Below, in pieces: positions 25,690 through 37,359 of a stretch of 64,000 nucleotides of DNA. This DNA is from Dicyema japonicum (Eukaryota; Animalia; Dicyemida). The stretch covers positions 1,051,653-1,115,652 of the forward strand of contig RDEW01000016.1 in assembly GCA_011109175.1 (NCBI GenBank), written 5' to 3'. The position numbers were made by a program, and so were the translations under genes. Below the pieces are notes generated by a model. It saw nothing but the letters and a program-made list of their open reading frames with translations. It was not told the DNA's origin and did no database searches. How positions within the stretch are numbered: the stretch's first letter is position 1; each line of letters opens with the position of its first letter.

Positions 25690-28600
25690 TTAAGATGTGA
25701 CTGACTATTGTTACAACCACTGAAAGAGAACTATCCCTATCGGCAATGGAGAGACTTTATAAGGCTTCTGAATCTCTTCTTACTCATAAATTTACATTAT
25801 TATTCAACTCACAATGTCGGGTCCAACCCCAGGACGTGTCCAAAAAGTCTCCAACGAGAATTAATGATCTCGAGACTTATTGGTGTACAGTCACACATAT
25901 TGTACAGTCCTTTCCGCGAAATCTGGGATGCCCAGGACATTCCAGTTTTGGTTCTTAGATGATTCCTGTGAAACGAGTCTAGTCTCTCCAATTCCTCATT
26001 TGAGATGGTCCAGGTTCCAGAGTTGTATAGGAGGATTGGTTTGATAAAGGTGTCGTATAACATTATCCTTTGTTTTATGTTATTCCCTTTCCATTTTAGC
26101 CATAGGTTTTATCAGTCTGTATAATGCCGCATTTGCCATGGTTTTTCTCCGTATGATATCTTCACTGTCTCTTAATAGGGAGCCAAGTTTCTTTGTGTGT
26201 CTCCATTTCTCTTAGAGTGAGTTATTCATTCGTCTTATTTCTGTCCGTTCTGTTTTTCCCTGTTCACGGTGAGAAAACATTTCTCAAGTATATCTGGTGC
26301 TTTTTCTAGTACATATTCCAGGAGTTCTTTGTCCTCAGAGATTAGGTCGACATCATCAGCATAAATCACTTCTATTTTTCCTTGGTATAATGGTCTCAGT
26401 TCCCTCATAGAGGCCTCCAAGTATATTGTGAATAGTAGCGGAGATAATGAGTCTCCTTAAGGAGTGCCTGTGTATGTTTCAAATTTTCTTGAGTTAAACA
26501 TCAAAAATCAATTTTAGAAAAATAATCAGTTAATTTATCCCCAGTTATCCTTTTACTTCTTACATTTTTCATAAAATTAAGTCGAAAATCGTAAAATTCT
26601 TTGAGCATTTCAGGAGATATGTAAAAAATTTTCTTCTCTAACTGATCAAGAGAATCTTGCGTTTCTCTTAGAATTGTTTCCATGTTATTGTTTTCTAAAC
26701 CTTCGTTGTAAATATTATCAACGAATTCGTCACTTTCCCCATTCAATGTTTCGTTTACGGCATTGTTGATCATTTCTTCTGTAATGGTATCTTCAATTTT
26801 TACGGAATCACGAATCTTTTCAATTTGATTCCAACAATTAAATATTAAACTTGGATCAAGTTTTTCCCAGCTTTTAGAAATTAGCAGAATTACATGACGA
26901 AGGTTTATTTTGTTTATCAACCGTTTGAATTCATCATCCTCCTCATAACACAAATACTGAATCAGATAATTTGAGTAATAATCTTTAAATGTCTTGATAA
27001 TTCCCATATCCAATGGTTGCAAATACGGTTTTGTATTTTTTGGCAAAAATAAAAACTCAATATTTGAGCATTCAATAGTTTTATGACATCCCGCATTATC
27101 AAGCAATATTAATACTTTTCTGTTGATTGTATAAAATCTTTCATTTATCCGAGTCAACCAGCTCATAAAAATATTTCCAGTCATCCATGCATTTTTAGAG
27201 GATGAATATGAAATTCCAAAATCTTTCACATTGAAATTTTTGAGACATCGAGGGTTTTTAAATTTTCCAACAATCAATGGCTCAAGTTTTTCCCCCATGG
27301 AATTGCAACAAAAAAGTACAGTGACTCTTTCTTTTCCCTGTTTAAAGCCAAAAGTATCGTCATTTATTCCGACAAACGACTTTCGTGGAGTCCTTTTTAT
27401 ATAAAGAGCAGTTTCATCACAATTAAAAACATTTTGTCTTCCATATTGAATAATTTTCTCGTCAAGAATTTTAAAAAACTCATTGATGTAAGTCAATTCA
27501 CATGAATTTTTTTCTCCACAAATTGATTTAAATTTCAGTTCATGTCGTTTTTTAAATCTGTCAAGCCAGCCGTTTGAAGCTTTGAAAGTATCAAATCCAA
27601 TTTTTGAAGCCGTATATAAGGCAATTTTCTTTATGAAAGGACCTGATATTGGAACCTTATCTTCGCGTAGTTTCTGAAATATTTCAAAAACTTGATCATC
27701 GAATTTAGATTTCTCACAATAAGGCATAGTATGTAAATAAACGTGTAAATAAACGTGTAAATTAAAAATTATAATTTTATTTACTTATAATTTCATTCCC
27801 CACAATTTTATAGTGCCCCAAAATTTCCATATTTTTTATCGATTTTCCATTTTACTCTGCCAAAATGTTGGCCAAAAAAAATGCCCCAAAATGCGGGGGT
27901 GCCCCACCCCTGGGGTCTGCCCCAATTCGGGGTCGGACTGTATTCCCAGAATGTAGGTGGCATTGCAATATCTTTGATGTGTTGCACATCTCATCTATGA
28001 CTCCAGACTGCATCAGCTGTTGATCTTCCTTCTCTGAATCCAATTTGACTTTCGAGTAGGTAGTCATAGGCGGGTTCTTTTATTCGTTCTAATACAATGT
28101 TAGCTAAGACCTTCCATAGAGAATTTGATAATATAATCTGTCGTAAGTTTTCAACCGGCCCTTTGAGTTTATTGGGTTTTTGTATAAGTATTAGTGATCC
28201 CGTTCCCAGGGGTAAAGTTGAGTTAGTTGAAAACATTTCATTTAATAGTGTAGCGATTTTTTCAAAAAGGAGGTAAGGGCTGTATTTCAGTTATTATGGG
28301 TTTATCGTATCTGGTCCGGGGCTTCTGTTATTTTTTAGTTTTTGACATGCTGTTTTTACTTCCAAAATTGTAATTGGTTCTTTCAAGGGTCTTGGCTTTC
28401 TTTTGAATGGAGGGATTGCTGTAGTCACATTGAAAAGTTTCTCAAAATATGTTGCAATTGCCTCTGCTTGCTCTTCAGTATTCTGTATTGTCTTGCCATT
28501 TTTGAAATTCTTACTGTTGGGTCCTTCAGATGAGAGCAGATGTATTTTTGGTAATTTTTGACTGTGTCTGGATGAGAGATCAGTTTTCCCGTTGCGTATC

Positions 28601-29930
28601 CATTTCTTGTATTCTCATTATTATTGTTTGCAATGTTATTATGTTTCTTATGCTTAATACCATGTTTCGCCAGGCTGAAGGTGACAATAACCACAGTTGT
28701 TGAACCTTCGTATGAGCGTTAATGGAAGAGCGTTTGTCGTTATTCCGGGCATATAATATAATCAATTTGGTTGTATATAGGGACTAAGTTTTCCATCTGG
28801 ATTTTTTTGTTTGCCCATCCAAGTGGTTATGTGTCATGCACGATGAGAGCACAAGAACAATTTGTTTGCCGTGCAGAAATGATCAAGTATGGTCCCAGGC
28901 AAGTTTCTTATCCCACGTCCGTGTCTTCCCATGAAGGTATCTTCTGAGTTCTTTTTTGTTCCAAATTCGCATTTAGATCGCCAGCAATGAATATAAGTGA
29001 GGACGACTCATTCATTATACGTCTTTGATAATGTTGAGTAGAATTCATCCAGTTCGGTCGGGTTTTTTGCCACTTTTCCACAGTGTGGTGCATATACAAT
29101 TGTTAGTGTATTTTTAGGGGAACATTGATTGTTCAGACGGATCTGTATTACGCAGATCCTGTCATTCTCCGCCAAATGCAACTGATGTCAGATGATAGTT
29201 TTCTGTGAATGCGCGAATCCAAGGACCATAGTGTTTTGAGTCACTGGGTAGGCCATATTAGTCGATATTTCATGGTTTTCTTCGAGATAGTACGTAAGAG
29301 TATTTCTTGACTGAGGCTTAAATATTCTTCTAGCATTTAACGTATTCTCTTGTATCTTCTGCTTTTTAGACATTTTTCTTAACAGAGAAGAAACAAGGCA
29401 CGTCACCACCTCACCAAAAAGCTTGCAATAGTTTAAATCTTCCTGGTAGGTTAAGAGCATTGAATCAGCCCCTCCTGAGAAAAGTAAGTCGTATAATAAT
29501 GAGTTGAAAAGTTCTGGGGAAAAAAAGGCGATTCTTGATGGGCACCATTTGGGTAGAGGGCGGAATCTTGATTGGCCTATACATACACATTCTCCTAATA
29601 TAAATTTTAACCCCAGGCTTACAATGGTATTCCTAGCACAAGCAGTCACAACTAATCCAAGAAAGGAACTAAAAGGAGACCATCTGCTTGTCCCGACCAA
29701 ATCTATTTTCCAATAATTCATTACAGACTTCCACTTCCAGAGAGAGGTTGAGAAGTAGTCCGCCCTCTTCCTACCGTCGCGGACATCACTTCATTCTTTA
29801 GCGTAATAGTTTTCATAATGCAATCTTCATCAGAAGGATTTGGTTAGGGAGAAAGGTAGGAAGATCTCTTTTAACTACTGTGTCGTGCCAGAAGGACTCG
29901 TCGCCTCACGGGTGGATCTGTTAAGACATT
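25690..29930 (-). mobile_element. Near full-length decayed RTE LINE (APE and RT), interrupted by a pogo transposon
   Basis: APE motifs TIVYAP and IAGDLNAN at about 28950-29120; RT motifs SQIGFREGRSTADAVWSHR, YADDVD and SRWRLFGHVL; pogo inserted at the TA at 27941-27942. Confidence 0.88.
26501..27940 (-). mobile_element. pogo/Tigger DNA transposon with uninterrupted 408-aa transposase ORF (26501-27727) and only one terminal inverted repeat (TIR)
   Basis: Tc5-type HTH (ASNGWLDRFKKRH); DDE_1 motifs FNCDET, LLDNA, QPLDMG (DD29D spacing); element end TA|CAGTCCGACCCC on the minus strand at 27940; no matching end near 26500. Confidence 0.93.
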
Positions 29931-29999
29931 AAACAATTTTGAAAACGATGAGATAATTTTTGCAAGTGTGAAGCAATCAATAATGAATGAAAATTTGTT

Positions 30000-30350
30000 T
30001 CATGAACTCTGAAATTGCGAAAATATAACATGCTAAATCTAATTTGGAGAAAATTGCAAAACTCATGGTATTCAATCGAAGAGAGTTATGCTATTTTCGA
30101 AAAGATCACCTTTATTTCTGTAAAGGGGGATATTGGAAATTAATTTATTGAAAGCTATGAGAAGAATGATTTAATGGATGTTGCTAAAATGACTAACAAA
30201 TCAATAAATCCAATGACATATTGAAACCTTCTAAAGTGTCCTCTACTTCGATTGCAGTGAAACAATCTTTCTCCCTTTTGAAAAAATAGATGTCTAAAGA
30301 TAGAAATTTCAATAAAAAAATATTTCATGCTAAATTAAAATTTCTCTAAC
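30000..30350 (+). pseudogene. DNA transposase C-terminal remnant (hAT-like)
   Basis: SSTSIAVKQSFSLLKK*MSKDRNF resembles the SVERSFS..KL..KDRNF transposase tail; stops present. Confidence 0.4.
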
Positions 30351-30365
30351 AATACATAGTTTTTA

Positions 30366-30670
30366 GCCGGGTGGCATAGATGTTAGGTGTCTGGATAAAG
30401 TAACTTAGGGTACAGGTTCGATTCTCGCTGCTGTTCACCTGGTGGAAGTTTTTACACATCTACGATGCTAAAAGGGATTGACGAGTGACGCCGGCATCAG
30501 TGGATACTCACTGCGGAACTGGATTGTCTAGAAAGGACCCACACACAAGAAAAAGAAATAAAGATCATTCCTTGGTTCTACGATTAAAAAAATTAACTGT
30601 TCTTTACTTAAATAAAGTGTGTGTCCTGCCTATGCGGAGCTATAGATATTATGACTCTCGTGAAAAGGCT
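30366..30670 (+). mobile_element. tRNA-derived SINE, copy B
   Basis: gccgggtggcatagatgttagg...ggttcgattctcgc head; body and tail homologous to 5560-5865. Confidence 0.85.
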
Positions 30671-30799
30671 GTTAAAAAACCATGAGTCACAGAGATATTG
30701 CTAATATGGCTAAGTGCAGTTTTTTGTTGACCATTAGTCACATTAAAAATAAATTATAAAAAATTTCAATGTTGCTAGAAAGCTGGAGTTGTTGCGGGA

Positions 30800-31095
30800 A
30801 TGTGAAATTCAATTCACCACACCAGGCTATGCATGTGCTGCATGGGATCTAACCTGTCGGCAACGAACCTAACAAAAATTCAAGAGATCCAGTCAAGAGC
30901 AAAAAAATTACTAGAAAAATATACAGATAAAGAAATTGCCCCCAGAGAACTCGAGTCTATCATAGAGGCAACTGGAGGCAATTTCAGAAGAGGAAAGGAA
31001 AAGACCCCCGTCCGTATAGATAATGCGTGGATCACTGTCGGAGCATCGAGAAAAAAATGGCCCGATTATTGAGAGATGCCGGGATCACCTGAATA
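30800..31095 (+). pseudogene. Ingi/Vingi-like 3' fragment
   Basis: SNLSATNLTKIQEIQSRAKKL; ends gatgccgggatcacctga, like gacaccgggatcacttaa at 49243-49260. Confidence 0.6.
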
Positions 31096-31264
31096 TTAGT
31101 TATTGGTTAAGACGGTGTTTCTTTGGCTTAAATAATAATAATAAATGACAGTCAGAAGATACGTAATCCAAGAGTCATTGAAGCCATCATTGGTTCAAAC
31201 ATCTCCAAAATCACATTTTAAAGATAAAATAAAAAAATAAAAATTTCGACCTCTTCTATCTAAA

Positions 31265-31392
31265 AGAAAAAAAGGAAGTGAAGATCATTCCTTGGTTCTA
31301 CGATTAGTTAAAATTAACTGTTCTTTACTTAAATAAAGTGTGTGTCCTGCCTATGCGGAGCTATAAATATTATGGCTCTCGTGAAAAGGCTG
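31265..31392 (+). mobile_element. 5'-truncated SINE, copy C (3' part only)
   Basis: aagatcattccttggttctacg...gcctatgcggagctataaatattatggctctcgtgaaaaggc matches the 3' half of copies A and B. Confidence 0.85.
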
Positions 31393-31569
31393 GTACATTA
31401 GAAAATATTGAAAATATAAATCGTATTTGGTGTAATAATTTGAGGAGACATATGATGTATCCGTTATAACAGACCCCATCGACTAATACAAACTCATTGT
31501 TTTTTCCCTGTTTAATTAGTAACGAGTTTTTATGTTAATAAAAAATATCTGTCTGTCTTGCTTGGGATT

Positions 31570-32450
31570 CAACGTTTTGAATTTCCCAAGTCATCAGCGG
31601 ACGAAGACGGTAGAGTGTGCATTGGGAAACATTCATTCTGTCTCCTGTTTATTTCCAAATGGAGTACCCAGGGCTCGCCGCTATCAACATTACTATTTAA
31701 CCTATTTACGGCTGACATCCGACGCCGAATCTTAATGACATTCTGACATTTCGAATCTTATACAAGAGAACAGGAACTGAGCCAATATCATGTGATATTA
31801 CTGATTCAAGATGAAGGCTCTTTGGACACATACTCCGCCACGATACAGGGACCTCTGCCAACATAGCAATGGAGGAGTATTTTGTGTTAGAGGCTTTTCG
31901 TTTCCGCGGCGGCCGAGGACAACAATGCCGGTAATTCTAGATGAAAATCTCAGGATTGGAAAGTGCTCTAAAGATGGGGATGATCTAGATATGCTACTGA
32001 ACATGGCAACGGATCGAAAAAGATGGGCGACGTTAATTAGATTGTTAACTTTTCGTGTTGCACATGCTTTGTCATGATCTTGGCATCGCACGTGCCTATA
32101 ATAATAATTCCGACGCCGAATGGAGAAGACGACCTGCTTCTGACTTATGCAGACGATATCGTTTTAGCCTCACGGATCAGAACACCTAAACAGCGACGGA
32201 AAGAATACAACACCACATGGATCGACTATCGAGTGATTTAATGAAAATCGGATGTCAATCAATACCGAAAAATCTGTTACAACTCACTATACCTCGGACA
32301 AAAGATTGTCTAACAGGACAATAGAAGTTACTACGAAGGGAAGAGAATTGCCGTTCAGCAAATGGCAAAAAATATTGGGTCTGACTTTCGATATGAACTT
32401 TTCGAGACACGTTTTCGAGACACGAGAGTTATAGTGTAGTTCTCTTGCTG
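31570..32450 (+). pseudogene. Ingi/Vingi-like RT fragment split by an RTE insertion
   Basis: PNGVPQGSPLSTLLFNLFTADI before the insertion; LLTYADDIV and KILGLTFD after it. Confidence 0.75.
31731..32108 (+). mobile_element. 5'-truncated RTE insertion with 13-bp target-site duplication (TSD)
   Basis: TSD tccgacgccgaat at 31718-31730 and 32109-32121; RTE C-terminal peptide; ends ctataataataat. Confidence 0.9.
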
Positions 32451-33299
32451 ATTTAATTTATTTTGTAGAGTTTGAATGAGAATAGCGACAACCTCATGCA
32501 GGAAGGTATCGGAAGAATGACATAGTTATTAAGTCTGAATGTGCAGTCAACAGTAGGGAAGTTCTCAGCCACAATTTTATATTTGGGTAAATACAATTCT
32601 CATAAATATTTTGTTAGCGGAACCTCGAGATAAAATCGAATGTCTTTAAAATGTCCACAGTGTGCGAGGCTATTTGCATACGAGTTTTTTATGTATGGAA
32701 TCCATCGGTGATAAAAGATTTGTCGTAGTTGTGCTGGAAGGAGGTGATGGAAGATCCAGGAAAAGTACAATATCCGTACGAAATGATTAAATTACTTGTG
32801 CTTTGAGTGGAAGGGATGAAATATCCGAGGAGGAAGATAAACTCCTGTTACCAATTAAATGTGCGGTCGAGAAGAGGGTAGAGGGTTTCACGGTGAGAAT
32901 CAAAGTCAGAAACTCGTACATAGAGGCTTAACTAAGGAGGAGAGGGAAACCAGCGAAACGCCCAAGTCTAGTAGCAGGAATAGAATACCTTCCAACTAAC
33001 TCCTAATTTCTTTTTACTAATAAAAAAACGTTCATCATCACGTTTTGTCTTATTGTCGAGGACAGTTAGCAAGTTTCAATACTTAATGGCTCCTATTTAA
33101 CCGTCTCAGCCGTAACCGCTAACTTTCGGTTATACGGTTTAATGAACTGTTAAGTCGATTTTTCGTCTCATCTCACGTTCAATGAACTGTTAAATCAATT
33201 TTGCGTCTCAGCTCAAACAAAAGTCTGATCACACAGGTGACAATAATTAACAGATAAATTAAAAATAATAAATTCCAAAAATCCTGATAAAGTGATAAT

Positions 33300-34775
33300 T
33301 CATTGACATCGCCAACAACTAGTTAGTTGATGGTATCTTGTCAACCCCGTCTTCACTAACTGTCTTTCTGTTTCTACAGTTTCAGGCTTTTCCTTAGTAG
33401 TTTCGACCATTTCCGCATCATCAGTTTCATCGATTTTATTGTCTTTAGACTTTTCATTTTTTTCAGTTTCTACATTTTGGAGAATTCCCATATCTTCAGA
33501 GATTACATTTTCTGCTTCTCCAGTTTCAGAGTCTTTCTCGTCTTGAGACTTTTACAACTTCTGCTTCTCCAGTTTCAACCTTTTCTTCTTTTCAGAGTCT
33601 TTCCCGTCTTCAGACTTTTCAACCTTATCTTCTCTAGTTTCAGAGTCTTTCCCGTCTTCAGACTTTTCAACCTTATCTTCTCCAGTTTCAGAGTCTTTTC
33701 TGTCTTCAGACTTTTCAACTTATCTTCTCCAGTTTCAGAGTCTTTCCCGTCTGCAGACTTTTCAACCTTATCTTCTCCAGTTTCAGAGTCTTTTCTGTCT
33801 TCAGACTTTTCAACATTTTCCGTTTGAGAGATTTTAATCTTTTCAGTATCTTTGTGTTCAGGGTTTAAATTTTCTTCAATAATATCAGTAAAATTGATTT
33901 CATGAGTATCATCCTTGATTTTTGAGGGACTCATTGGGATGTCTTTCACTGACTTTGTAGGACTTGATATGGCTTCTCTATCAACTGGTTTAGGAACCTG
34001 TGAGGCGGGTCCTTTAAATATAAATAAAAATGAACTCACTTGTTTTTTCCTGTTTACCATGTCTAAACTAAACCCAACAAACTATACATTTTCCGAATTC
34101 CCATGATTAGACCGTACAGAGCATCCAAAACTTGGTTCATCGACGAGTCAATTATTGAACTAATAAAAACATAGTCAGTCAGACTGGGGGAATGATTGGT
34201 GGTGAACTTTACCCTGAAATCGTCAAGAGAGAGTTCTAAGTAAATCAAATCCCAAACGAGGATTAAGATCTTTCTTTGTGGCAATAATCAAGAATGGGAC
34301 ATTTTTAAGTGCAAGATTTTCAGCCAGTTTATTGAGCTCTGTAAGGGACTCTACATATCTTCTTTCATCGGAAGCATCCACCACATAGCACACGGCGGAC
34401 GGATCCTTCAGTTGATGGCACGAAAGATTTCTAAATTTAATATCACCCGGATTGTCCTATAATCAACAAAATGGGTACCCAAATATTGAGGGGTATCCCC
34501 TTGTATTTCATGTCGTAAATTATGATACTGTTATTGGGGGCGACATTGGCGTAGTCCGATATGTTTGCAAGTCTTCTAATCAAAACTACAAAATAGGGAT
34601 AAAAATGGAAATTAATCAAAAATTCTATAAATTAAACAAGAAAATATTCATTGCATAACCAAGAAAATATTCATAACATATTTTATCGACAGAATTGTTT
34701 ACCTGATTTTCCAGAACCATCCAGGCCAAGAAATACTATCCTTTGCTTTGTCTTTTTCGATCCTGCTGCGCCCAT
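33300..34775 (-). CDS. Divergent Arf/Arl-family GTPase with long acidic tandem-repeat C-terminal tail; multi-exon
   Basis: MGAAGS (myristoylation-type start), IVFLGLDGSGKS P-loop, IWDNPG, YVVDASD, IIATKKD; 25- and 28-nt introns link it in frame to the repeat region; indels inside the repeats break the assembled frame. Confidence 0.75.
33500..33830 (-). repeat. Coding 48-bp minisatellite (16-aa unit KVEKSEDGKDSETGED), about 5 full units plus degenerate ones
   Basis: Plus-strand unit cttctccagtttcagagtcttt(c/t)c(c/t)gtcttcagacttttcaaccttat repeated; one unit lacks a C at about 33719. Confidence 0.9.
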
Positions 34776-35959
34776 TATGAAATGAATATTTAATTTTATA
34801 ATTTGAATAAATACAATAAATTTTAATATTTTTTTATTTAATTTTATTTAATATGAAATAAAATTAAAATTTAACGAAATGACAACCAGTTAGCTTGCTA
34901 ATAATTAGTTTGATGGTTTGACGTAGCCCATGCACTAAGACATAGCTTTAGTACATTTAATGTCTTCATATCCTCAATGTGGATGCTACCTTTTGAACTC
35001 GGGAGATATCGTATGCACTAATATCTCGGTTCGAATTTTTCTGGAGGAACTTTGACAAGTGCCTTGCTGAGGAATGAGGAAATTACTAATCCCCGAATGT
35101 TCTTAGTAATAATTAGTGTCCGATGTTTCTTCATTTCAAAACATTACTTCTCTGAATCTCCCGCGGCCAAGAAAGTGAACCAGAAGTTATATCCACCTGA
35201 TGATGTCATTAAATGTACTAGATTAGTGAATCACAATTAAATTGATAACTTGTCGAATTAAATTATAATTACATGTTTACATGTTTAAACTTGAATATTC
35301 ACAGACTGACTACTCACGCGATTGCGTCACGCTTCTCTCTCGAACGCACACAGGCTTGTGTTGGTCGTATACCGGATTCTTTAGTCACCCTCGGTTCTTA
35401 GGGATTATGGATTCCAGAGACGTTAGAAAAGAAACACAAGTCAATAGTAACTTTGAATACTCTTTTCTGACCAGCCTTGATCATCATGACATTTGTGAAT
35501 GGACCCTATAAAACATGACTCATTGTACTGCTTGTAGATAGTTTCTAAAGGGACATTTCAGTAAGTCGGTCTTTTTTTAATTTTGTAACCACATTTTCAT
35601 GTGCATGTAAAAAACCACCCCTATTATCATTTGAGATCTGCTGAAGTAGCTTTTAATTAATCTGTCTTCCAAGATTTTGTCTGGTGTAAAAAAGAGTTGT
35701 GGCAAATTTTTCAGGACTAGTCGACAGGCGGTTCAATACAAAAAGATAAAGGTGATCCTGAGGAACACCATTAGGAAAAAGTCGGAAAATAGATTTTGAC
35801 TGTCATATAGAAACACGTTCCCTTGCATGTTGACGGGATTAAACAATTATTTAATCAACCAAACAATTGTTTAATCATCCATATCAATTTATTGATAATT
35901 TTGGTTATCCTCAAAAATTGATTAATCAGAAAACAATCATTTTATGGGTGTCGTGAGTC

Positions 35960-37260
35960 CGTATAACACGTACCCTTTTATTGCTTTGAATGAATTCCAA
36001 GAACACAATAATAGCAAACTAACAACTCATGCAATCTCGAAACGCAATGACAGAAATTTTATCCGTTACTCGTTTTTTGTCTATTAGCCATTTCAGTCCT
36101 AATAAATACTTCAGTATAATGAGTCCAGCCTCTTTTCTTCAATCTTTGAAATTCTCCATGTATCCGAATTATGGAAGAGGATGGCTTTTACAAAGGGGCC
36201 ATTCAGTCTGAGACGAAAAGAGAGAAACAGAATGTTTCCTTGTCCATTTGGTGATCCATTTGGTGGTGTTTTTCGGAATCCCAAGAGAATCAAGTTTCCT
36301 GATATTTCTCAATTTTTTGTTTTTACTCCATCCGTTTGATGTAAACAAACTATGTCTTTGCAGTGTTTATGGATAGTCCCACTTGCCCAGTTGGTAAGGT
36401 GATATCTCAGTTTCCGAATGCATCCTTGAGATGATGCCCATGTCTCATCATATTTTCGATACAGACCCCAGTCACTTTTTGTAGAAAAGCGTCTATCAAA
36501 ATGACCGAATCTCTGTGCATAAAACTTTAGAGACTTGGATCAGTTTTTTGCGACGTGCAGTGACTAAAGTTTTAGATCTACAAAAATAGTTATGTTACAT
36601 CGAAACAGTACCATCTATGGGACAACAATATACTGACCGTGGAGCTCAAAACCACTTTGATATTCATTAGGTTTTTGGATCGGGTTAAGAACGATTAAAG
36701 CAAGGGTCTTTTGTAGGACGTTCAATAAAATTAGAGTTTTCAACCGATCTGACAAGGTTTATCCTACTGAATTTGTATCAGTAATTTTTTCCATGTTAGT
36801 CATTATTTAAAATCATGCCAGTCAACAGAATTACTGTTCCGATGAAAGTTCTATTAACCTTGTTCTTGTTACTCTGAGATAACATTATCACGTCTTGGAG
36901 AATCAGTCTTTGGCTTTATTATTGCTCTGGAGACCTCCTCTGATTAAATTTTGTATTTAATTATATTAGCCTCCTATCGTGTAAAATCCCACTTTTATTC
37001 TCTCGTAGACGTTCAAAGTGAGATGCTACGGCCTTTGCCTGTTCGGCAGGATTTCCCATTGCTCTTGCATCTGGATCCTGGGAGACAAGTACCTATGGTC
37101 TGTTTTTCCTACGCATCAATCGCATAAACTCTTTTTGAGTAAAGTAACAGAGAGACCACCATAAGTTGCCAAAAAGATATCTACCTTTAATGCGACATAT
37201 AATTAAAGTCTTTCTCAGGGTTCTTGCAGTCCTACGTCGGCAGTAAGTCTAGCTTGTTTT
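35960..37260 (-). pseudogene. Highly decayed RTE-like element
   Basis: Fragments MGNPAEQAKAVASHFERL, EYQSGF and FVKAILFHNSDTW align with the RTE copies at 9960 and 38604. Confidence 0.65.
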
Positions 37261-37359
37261 TAATGAAAAATGTCGGAATTTATTTTTGCAGAAATACAAG
37301 TCAAATTCCCTGTAAAGGTACATAAAATTGTGCAAAATAAGCCTTTTTCGACATTTGTC

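Noticed and set aside
33477-33827. Hydrophobic repeat ORF on the plus strand (FRVFPVFRLFNL)
   Set aside because: Antisense shadow of the coding minisatellite.
33500-33830. CRISPR-like regular repeats
   Set aside because: Contiguous 48-bp units with no unique spacers, eukaryotic context, no cas genes.
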